Below the pieces are notes generated by a model. The model searched no databases. It worked only from the letters and a program-made list of their open reading frames with translations, and was not told the DNA's origin. Made by a program: the position numbers and the translations under genes. A stretch of DNA of 64,000 bases from Opitutia bacterium (GTDB lineage: Bacteria > Verrucomicrobiota > Verrucomicrobiia > Opitutales > UBA953): NCBI GenBank assembly GCA_947378845.1, contig CANCLQ010000001.1, positions 63,755 to 127,754 on the forward strand. The letters run 5' to 3'. Below, in pieces: positions 57,372 to 64,000 of this stretch; within the stretch, counting starts at the first letter, position 1, and the number at the start of each line of letters is the position of its first letter.

Positions 57372-58772
57372 ATGTCTCAATTAGATCTCGTTGTTATTGG
57401 TGCTGGTCCTGGCGGCTATGTAGCCGCAATCAAGGCTGCACAACTCGGACTGAAAGTTGCTCTCGTTGAAAAAGAGCCCGCACTTGGCGGCACCTGCCTC
57501 AACATCGGCTGTATTCCTTCCAAGGCCCTCTTACACTCTACGGAAGTCTTTCAACAAACCCTTCACGGCAAAAAGCACGGCTTGGTCGGCTCGGAAAAAG
57601 TCACCTTCGATGTAGGTGCTATGATGTCGAACAAGGAAAAGGTCGTCGCTCAATTAAACAAGGGCGTCGAATACCTCGTTTCTAAACGTGGTATCGAAAT
57701 CGTACGTGGTCTCGGACGTCTGGGTAAAACCGGTCAGGTTTTAGTCCGTAGCACCAGTGGCGAACGCATTCTTGAAACTAAAAATATCATCATCGCAACT
57801 GGATCATCCGTTGTCGAATTGCCGTTCATGAAGTTCGACGGCGAATCCATCATCTCCTCCGACCACGGTATCGCACTCAAAGAAGTCCCAGCTAAAATGG
57901 TGGTCGTGGGTGCCGGTGCCATCGGACTCGAACTCGGTTCAGTATGGGCTCGTCTCGGCAGCCAAGTTACCGTGGTGGAAATGATGACATCGATTGGTGG
58001 TCCTGCATACGACAGCGACGTTGCGAAGGTCGCACAAACCGCTTTCGAGAAACAAGGTATCAAATTTGAACTCGGTGCAAAAGTTACAGGTTCAAAGAAA
58101 ACTCCCGCCGGTCTTTCACTTACTGCAGAACGCGACGGCAAAGCTCTTGAATTCCCTGCCGACAAAATCCTCGTCGCTGTTGGTCGCAAGCCCAACACGG
58201 TCGGCCTCGGTGCCCAAGAAGCCGGACTCAAACTCGATGAGCGCCAACGCATCGTCACCGACGACCATTTCCGCACCAACCTGCCAGGCGTCTACGCCAT
58301 TGGTGACGTCGTTGTTGGCCCCATGCTCGCGCACAAAGCCGAAGAAGAAGGTGTCGCCTGCGCCGAAATCATCGCTGGAAAATCTGGTCACGTTAACTAC
58401 GGCATCATCCCTGGCGTGATTTATACCGATCCAGAAGTTGCAGGTGTTGGCATGATTGAATCCGAAGCCAAAGCTAAAGGTATCGAAGTTAAAATTGGTA
58501 AATTCCAACTCGCTGGCAACGGACGAGCAATCGCTGCCGACGCCACAACTGGTTTTTATAAAGTCATCGCCTGCGCTAAAACTGACAAGCTCCTCGGAGT
58601 GCAAATCGTCGCTCGAGGTGGTTCAGAAATGATCGCGGCAGCCTGTGCTCATATGGAATACGGCGGCAGCGCCGAAGACGTCGCACGTACATGCTTTGCG
58701 CACCCAACCATCAGTGAGTCCTTTAAGGAAGCTGCGATGGCCGTCAGCAAGATGAGCATCCACTCGCTGTAG
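57372..58772 (+). CDS. lpdA: Dihydrolipoyl dehydrogenase (E3)
   Basis: GAGPGGY FAD motif, redox-active GGTCLNIGCIPSK and C-terminal HAHPT are present. Confidence 0.95.
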   Translation: MSQLDLVVIGAGPGGYVAAIKAAQLGLKVALVEKEPALGGTCLNIGCIPSKALLHSTEVFQQTLHGKKHGLVGSEKVTFDVGAMMSNKEKVVAQLNKGVEYLVSKRGIEIVRGLGRLGKTGQVLVRSTSGERILETKNIIIATGSSVVELPFMKFDGESIISSDHGIALKEVPAKMVVVGAGAIGLELGSVWARLGSQVTVVEMMTSIGGPAYDSDVAKVAQTAFEKQGIKFELGAKVTGSKKTPAGLSLTAERDGKALEFPADKILVAVGRKPNTVGLGAQEAGLKLDERQRIVTDDHFRTNLPGVYAIGDVVVGPMLAHKAEEEGVACAEIIAGKSGHVNYGIIPGVIYTDPEVAGVGMIESEAKAKGIEVKIGKFQLAGNGRAIAADATTGFYKVIACAKTDKLLGVQIVARGGSEMIAAACAHMEYGGSAEDVARTCFAHPTISESFKEAAMAVSKMSIHSL

Positions 58773-58794
58773 TCCGACGCCTTATATTAAAGTT

Positions 58795-58900
58795 AAGGGG
58801 CTAGGCTTACCACGGCACACGGGGAACCAGACTGCCGTTGCTTCCTTCCGGACCTGGCGGGGTTCGTCGGCACCCATTGCATGGGGCCTAGCTTACCTTT
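58795..58900 (-). ncRNA. ffs: Signal recognition particle RNA (small bacterial 4.5S type)
   Basis: The minus strand reads CCAGGUCCGGAAGGAAGCAACGG, the conserved domain IV with a GGAA tetraloop and AGG/AGCA loops. It is followed by CCCCGUGUGCCGUGG, which resembles E. coli GCGUGUGCCGGG. The terminal segments GCUAGGC and GCCUAGC can pair. End coordinates are approximate. Confidence 0.75.
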
Positions 58901-58962
58901 AAGGTGGCAAATCCATTAGCGCTTTTCAACCTCCATCTTACCCCCTACACCTTTCACTTCCG

Positions 58963-61686
58963 ATGGCTGAGATTCCTAAATCCTACGACCCACAAGGGGT
59001 AGAACAACGCTGGTACGAGCAATGGCTAGCCGCCGGATGTTTCAAAGGCAAAGTCGACCCTTCTCGCGAATCCTTCGCAGTGATGATTCCGCCACCAAAC
59101 GTGACAGGCGTTCTGCACATGGGTCACCTGCTCAACAATACGCTGCAGGATATTATGATTCGTCGTGCACGCCAAGAAGGTAAGTCTGCCCTCTGGCTTC
59201 CAGGTACGGATCACGCTGGCATCGCCACACAGTCACGCGTTGAAAAAGAACTTAAACAAAAACACGGAAAGTCCCGTCACGATCTTGGCCGCGAAAAATT
59301 TATCGAGGTAGCATCTGAGTGGCGCGACAAACACGGTGGAATTATTTTATCTCAGTTACAAAAACTCGGCGCCTCATGTGACTGGGACCGAAAAGTTCAT
59401 ACCTTAGATGCTGGCTACTCTCAAGCTGTCCTGCAGGCATTCGTTACCCTTTACGAACGTGGCTACGTTTACCGCGGAAAGCGCATGGTTAACTGGTGTC
59501 CCGTTTCTCAAACCGGATTATCCGACGAAGAAGTGATAATGAAGCCTACCCAAGGCTCATTATATAAAATGCGCTACGAGGTAGCCGAAGTTCCTGGGAC
59601 ATTCTTAGAAATATCAACCACGCGCCCTGAAACAATTCCTGGCGACGTCGCTGTAGCCGTACATCCTGAAGACAGCCGATACCAGCACCTCATCGGTAAA
59701 CACGTTTGGCGCCCCTTCCCTCGTGCTCAAATCCCCATCGTGGGCGACACGGCTGTAGAAAAAGATTTTGGTACGGGAGTATTAAAAGTTACACCTGCAC
59801 ACGATCGCACTGACTTTGATATCGGGAAGCGTCACAACCTCGCCGTACTCGATGTAATGAATCCTGATGGCACCATGAATGCCGACGCGGGACCACTCGC
59901 TGGACTTGAACGCTTCAAGGCCCGCACCGCTGCCGCTAAATTACTCGAAGAACTGGGTGCACTCGTTAAAATCGAACCCTACGAAAACACGGTCGGCTAT
60001 TCAGAGCGTGCAGATGTACCGATTGAACCTCGGTTGAGCGAACAATGGTTCATCCATTATCCTAAAATTGAAGAAGCCAAACGTGCGGTGACATCGGGAA
60101 TGATTAAATTCCACCCCGAGCGTTGGACCAAAACCTACTTACACTGGCTCGATAATATTCAAGACTGGTGTGTCAGCCGACAACTTTGGTGGGGTCACCG
60201 TATTCCCGTGTGGTACCGCAAAGGTGCTGACCGCAATGACGCAAAGAACCGACACGTCTCATTGCAGCCGCCTGCTGACGTCGCCAACTGGGAACAGGAC
60301 AATGACGTGCTTGATACCTGGGCGTCTTCTTGGCTTTGGTGTCTCGCAACAATCGGCTGGCGCAAACCTGGCGAAACCACCGATGAATTAAAACACTGGT
60401 ACCCCACTGGCGCTCTCGCTACTGGACCAGACATTATTTTTCTCTGGGTCGCTCGAATGATTATTGCGGGACTTGAACTACATGGACCTGAAAAGAAGAC
60501 ACTGTCGGACGATGAAATTCGTGCCCGCATTCCATTTAAGCGCGTCTACTTTAACGGTATCATCCGCGACAAACTTGGTCGCAAAATGTCGAAGTCACTC
60601 GGTAATTCACCTGAGCCGCTCGACCTCATCGCAAAATTTGGTGCCGACGGGCTTCGCTTTGGTTTACTTTCTATCGCCCCTAAGGGTCAGGATATTCTGT
60701 TCGACGAAGATCGCGTATCTCAAGGTCGTAACTTCTGTAATAAAATCTGGAACGCCTCTCGCTTCCGTCAGATGTCCGGCCCGATGTTCGACAATTCAAG
60801 CATAGCTTCGATCGTCAAACGCATCAACCCCGCCCAACTCGACGACGATGATTCAGCCATTCTCTATGGCATCATTGAACTCTCTAAATCAACTGCCCAT
60901 CAATTAGACGAACATGAGTTCACGGCCTACTCTCAAGGCCTGTATTCCTATTTCTGGGGAGATTTTTGCGACTGGTACGTCGAAGCTTCAAAGGTGCGAT
61001 TAGCGGATGCAACCCAACGTGATCATTGCCTCGCCGTTCAAGATTTAGTTCTCCGACAGTTCCTTCTCCTGCTCCATCCAATTGCTCCATTTATCACCGA
61101 AGAGCTCTGGCACTTGCTGGGCTATGGAAAAGAAAATGAATTCATTCAGAATCAAAACCCAAGCAATGGTTCACACATTACAGATGCTTTTAAAGCCTCC
61201 AGCATTAAGATTGATGTAACGAAAGTATCAGACGTTAGCCTTCTACGTGAATTTGTGGCGGAAGTCAGAGCGGCGAAATCGCAAGCCAACCAAGCCACCA
61301 AGCGCGATAGCGTCATCACCGTTGTCGCTAAGGATAATAAGGCTAAAGAACTCTTGAGTCATAACCGCGAAAAGCTTTCACGCCTAGCAGGCCTTTTGGA
61401 TATGCAATTCACCGATAGTCCCGGAGATCGTCCAGGTACCGTATGCCAACTGGGGACCGCAATCCTTGAACAGAGCGGCACAATCGATGTAGCCGGAGAA
61501 AAAATCCGCCTCTCAAAAGAATTAGAGAAAATCGAGAAAGCGGTGACAGCCGGTGAAGCCAAACTTTCGAACGATACGTTTGTTTCCAAGGCCCCCGCTA
61601 AAATCCTTGAAGGCGCCCGCAAGCAACTCACCGAAGCGAAAGCTAAACGCGATGAGATTGTACGAATGCTGAAGACCCTTAACTAA
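58963..61686 (+). CDS. valS: Valine--tRNA ligase
   Basis: HIGH region (PPPNVTGVLHMGH), KMSKS and a C-terminal coiled-coil are present. Confidence 0.95.
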   Translation: MAEIPKSYDPQGVEQRWYEQWLAAGCFKGKVDPSRESFAVMIPPPNVTGVLHMGHLLNNTLQDIMIRRARQEGKSALWLPGTDHAGIATQSRVEKELKQKHGKSRHDLGREKFIEVASEWRDKHGGIILSQLQKLGASCDWDRKVHTLDAGYSQAVLQAFVTLYERGYVYRGKRMVNWCPVSQTGLSDEEVIMKPTQGSLYKMRYEVAEVPGTFLEISTTRPETIPGDVAVAVHPEDSRYQHLIGKHVWRPFPRAQIPIVGDTAVEKDFGTGVLKVTPAHDRTDFDIGKRHNLAVLDVMNPDGTMNADAGPLAGLERFKARTAAAKLLEELGALVKIEPYENTVGYSERADVPIEPRLSEQWFIHYPKIEEAKRAVTSGMIKFHPERWTKTYLHWLDNIQDWCVSRQLWWGHRIPVWYRKGADRNDAKNRHVSLQPPADVANWEQDNDVLDTWASSWLWCLATIGWRKPGETTDELKHWYPTGALATGPDIIFLWVARMIIAGLELHGPEKKTLSDDEIRARIPFKRVYFNGIIRDKLGRKMSKSLGNSPEPLDLIAKFGADGLRFGLLSIAPKGQDILFDEDRVSQGRNFCNKIWNASRFRQMSGPMFDNSSIASIVKRINPAQLDDDDSAILYGIIELSKSTAHQLDEHEFTAYSQGLYSYFWGDFCDWYVEASKVRLADATQRDHCLAVQDLVLRQFLLLLHPIAPFITEELWHLLGYGKENEFIQNQNPSNGSHITDAFKASSIKIDVTKVSDVSLLREFVAEVRAAKSQANQATKRDSVITVVAKDNKAKELLSHNREKLSRLAGLLDMQFTDSPGDRPGTVCQLGTAILEQSGTIDVAGEKIRLSKELEKIEKAVTAGEAKLSNDTFVSKAPAKILEGARKQLTEAKAKRDEIVRMLKTLN

Positions 61687-61696
61687 CCCCACCCCA

Positions 61697-62605
61697 ATGA
61701 AACCCACACTACTCGTCATGGCTGCCGGCATGGGCAGTCGCTACGGCGGACTAAAACAAATCGATGCCATGGGTCCTTCCGGTGAGACCATCCTCGACTA
61801 CTCTGTCTTCGATGCTATCCGCGCTGGGTTTGGGAAAGTTGTTTTTATTATACGTCCAGATTTCGCGAATGATTTTCGTGAACGTATTGGTTCCAAGTTT
61901 GCGGGTAAAATCGAAGTAGCCTACGCCTTCCAAACTCTCGACAAGTTACCTGCAGGATTCAGCGTGCCCACCGGACGTGAAAAACCATGGGGCACGACTC
62001 ACGCGATTCTCTGTGCTCGCGATTCTATTCAAACACCTTTTGCAGTCATCAATGCAGATGATTTCTACGGTCAAGATTCCTACGCTGTCCTTGCCAAGAA
62101 ACTTCAATCCACCTCTAACAGTGACCACCATTATTGCATGGTTGGCTTCACTCTTAAGAACACCCTCTCCGATCACGGCACAGTCGCACGCGGAGTTTGT
62201 CGCACCAACGACAAAGGTTATCTAACCGACATCCAAGAGTTACTTAAAATCGCTAAGACTTCGAAAGGCGCTGAAAACTCAGCTGAAGATGGTGCCGTAA
62301 CCTCACTCACTGGCGATGAGCCCGTGTCTATGAATATGTGGGGATTCACTCCTAGCATCTTCCCACAACTAGAGAAATTATTTAAGGAATTCCTCACGAC
62401 CAAAGGACAAGAAATGAAGAGTGAGTGTTATATTCCGTTGAGCTTAGGCGAAATTGTTAAGCAAGGTCTCGCGGATTGTGCGGTGCTACGAACCCATTCC
62501 ACATGGTTCGGAGTAACTTATCGCGAAGATAAACCCATCGTACAGGCAAGCATCCTTCAACTTGTGCAACAAGGTTCTTATCCGAATAATCTTTGGGCCT
62601 CATAG
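61697..62605 (+). CDS. Sugar-phosphate nucleotidyltransferase-family protein
   Basis: N-terminal LVMAAGMGSRYGGLKQ nucleotide-binding loop and a GT-A-like fold length. Confidence 0.7.
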   Translation: MKPTLLVMAAGMGSRYGGLKQIDAMGPSGETILDYSVFDAIRAGFGKVVFIIRPDFANDFRERIGSKFAGKIEVAYAFQTLDKLPAGFSVPTGREKPWGTTHAILCARDSIQTPFAVINADDFYGQDSYAVLAKKLQSTSNSDHHYCMVGFTLKNTLSDHGTVARGVCRTNDKGYLTDIQELLKIAKTSKGAENSAEDGAVTSLTGDEPVSMNMWGFTPSIFPQLEKLFKEFLTTKGQEMKSECYIPLSLGEIVKQGLADCAVLRTHSTWFGVTYREDKPIVQASILQLVQQGSYPNNLWAS

Positions 62606-62614
62606 AAGTTTCGC

Positions 62615-63535
62615 ATGCGCATTCTTATCACAGGCGGAGCGGGCTTTATCGGTTCACACATTGCGGAATCGTTCCAAGGTAAAGCCGAGGTTGTTATTCT
62701 TGATGACTTCCGGAGCGGCGATCGAAAAAACCTTAACGGAATCAATCACCGCCTGATTGAAGGCTCCATTCTTGATGAAGCTAAGCTACGCGAAGCGATG
62801 CAGGGCGTTGATCAAGTCTTCCACCTCGCAGCGATGATCTCGGTCATGGAATCGGTATTGAAACCCCAAGAGTGCGAAGAATTAAATACACAAGGGACAT
62901 TAAGAGTTCTAAACGCTGCAGTGCAGGCCAAAGTTAAAAAAGTCGTCCTCGCTTCTTCTGCAGCCATCTACGGCAACAACCCAACTGTTCCCAAAGTCGA
63001 AACAATGCCGCCAGAGCCACAATCGCCTTACGCGACGACAAAGCTGGCCGGCGAACAGTTGCTTGAGCGCTTCCGAAATGAGCACGGACTCGCAACGACA
63101 AGTCTGAGATTCTTCAATGTTTTTGGTCCACGACAAAACCCTAAGTCGGCCTACGCCGCCGCAGTACCTATCTTCATCGCCCAAGCCATCAAAGGAGAAG
63201 ATATTAATATCTACGGCGATGGTGAACAGACCCGTGATTTCATCTACGTCGGCGATATCGTGAGTGCGCTCACCTTTGCAGCGGGAGAGTCCAGTTTATA
63301 CGGCACCTACAATGTCGGCTATGGCCAAAAGATCTCCATCAACGATTTGGCCAAGGACATTATACGACTCACTCGCTCCAGCTCACGTATCGTCTATCAC
63401 GCTCCGCGCCTGGGCGACGTCAAACACTCACTGGCATCTAATGCCAAATTGGTGAACGCCGGCTGGAAACCTAAATTTAGCTTCGCTGAAGGTATGGCTA
63501 AAACGGTGGAATATTTCGTTAAGATCAAGGTGTAA
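62615..63535 (+). CDS. NAD-dependent nucleotide-sugar epimerase/dehydratase (extended SDR)
   Basis: MRILITGGAGFIGSH motif, catalytic YATTKLAGE (YxxxK) and SSAAIYG are present. Confidence 0.85.
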   Translation: MRILITGGAGFIGSHIAESFQGKAEVVILDDFRSGDRKNLNGINHRLIEGSILDEAKLREAMQGVDQVFHLAAMISVMESVLKPQECEELNTQGTLRVLNAAVQAKVKKVVLASSAAIYGNNPTVPKVETMPPEPQSPYATTKLAGEQLLERFRNEHGLATTSLRFFNVFGPRQNPKSAYAAAVPIFIAQAIKGEDINIYGDGEQTRDFIYVGDIVSALTFAAGESSLYGTYNVGYGQKISINDLAKDIIRLTRSSSRIVYHAPRLGDVKHSLASNAKLVNAGWKPKFSFAEGMAKTVEYFVKIKV

Positions 63536-64000
63536 CTTCAATCGGCAGACTCAGGTAATCATCCTGACCGTCATTGATATTAAGCCAGAAATCGTATCGC
63601 CCTGCCGCTGGTAAGCGCACCTTGAAGGTCAGCGTGGGTCGAAGATCGTACTCTCCGCCTTCGAGTGACGGATGCATGTGGGCGTAGCCTGTGACTGCAT
63701 CAGATTGAGAAAATAAAACGGCGTGTCCAAGTGCACCCATGATTGGGCGAAGTTTTAGACCTGCGCCCGACAATGAATCCAACTGAACCTTAATCACTGC
63801 AGATGACCCCGACTTATGCGTACTAACCTGTGATGAAATAATTTGGTTTCGACGCTCACGCACAGATTCACGATTAGTCTTACCAGGTAGAATTGCAGCA
63901 GCTTCTGCCAACATTACGCGACCCGATTTAACTGGAACAAAATCAACATAGGCTTGAAGTTTCCCGCCACTATTTCCCTCGGTAAATCCCGAAGGAAAAA
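63525..64000 (-). CDS. Hypothetical protein, C-terminal part only (5' end beyond window end)
   Basis: The minus-strand frame stays open past the ATG at 63914 to the window edge. The C-terminal beta-rich segment has no recognised family. Confidence 0.5.
   Translation of the reverse strand, partial: FPSGFTEGNSGGKLQAYVDFVPVKSGRVMLAEAAAILPGKTNRESVRERRNQIISSQVSTHKSGSSAVIKVQLDSLSGAGLKLRPIMGALGHAVLFSQSDAVTGYAHMHPSLEGGEYDLRPTLTFKVRLPAAGRYDFWLNINDGQDDYLSLPIEVTP

Noticed and set aside
57734-58604. Long antisense ORFs (181 and 162 aa) inside lpdA. Similar ORFs occur inside lpxK (36146-36725), mutS, sucA and the SNF2 gene.
   Set aside because: They lie entirely within strongly recognisable genes on the other strand. 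Their composition is Ser/Arg/Pro-rich and they have no motifs. They are classic shadow ORFs.
58797-58897. A near-identical 15-nt direct repeat, GGGGCTAGGCTTACC and GGGGCCTAGCTTACC, flanks ~70 nt and looked like attachment-site or insertion scars.
   Set aside because: The two copies contain the complementary arms GCUAGGC and GCCUAGC of the SRP RNA terminal helix on the minus strand. No mobile-element gene is nearby.
58773-58962. A possible leader, T-box or attenuator upstream of valS.
   Set aside because: The structured sequence is accounted for by the antisense SRP RNA. No specifier or T-box motif is seen.
1-64000. Looked for CRISPR arrays, IS elements or transposases, integrases, tRNA/rRNA genes and long tandem repeats.
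   Set aside because: I recognised none in any intergenic gap by eye. All gaps over 100 nt (2205-2398, 12052-12200, 22579-22724, 33403-33536, 55934-56070, 58773-58962) are either promoter-like or explained above. This is not an exhaustive computational scan.

Overview
This is a dense, mostly housekeeping chromosomal segment of about 50% GC. I call 55 protein-coding genes (two cut by the window edges), one small RNA and two terminator candidates. I recognised no tRNA, rRNA, CRISPR array, transposase, integrase or phage gene. Gene content points to a Gram-negative member of the PVC superphylum, probably Verrucomicrobiota; this taxonomy is inference only. The pointers are a Minf_1886-type PVC-specific protein, LpxK, MurJ, scattered his/trp/pan genes and frequent end-to-end gene overlaps. 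Core functions present are MetRS, ValRS, MutS, RecR, Ppk1, TopB, SucA-SucB-Lpd, HisF/HisC, TrpC, NadB, PanE/PanD, RibE, TatA, RsmA, RimO and Dtd. An unannotated SRP (4.5S) RNA lies on the minus strand between lpd and valS. The most unusual locus is 2399-13976. It is a DeoR-led rhamnose-type operon (RhaB-like kinase, RhaEW-like fused aldolase/dehydrogenase, LutABC) whose only isomerase candidate is a FucI-family protein. It also carries an extra free-standing class II aldolase paralog, and an uncharacterised 604-aa protein follows. Other items worth a second look:
- a HAD hydrolase fused to a DUF721/DciA-type domain
- a tightly coupled MazG-YgjP-Nudix operon
- an acylphosphatase/ABC-2 exporter/TPR-membrane-protein operon
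- a SNF2 helicase with a cysteine-less SWIM-like module
All functional calls come from by-eye motif recognition; no database search was run.
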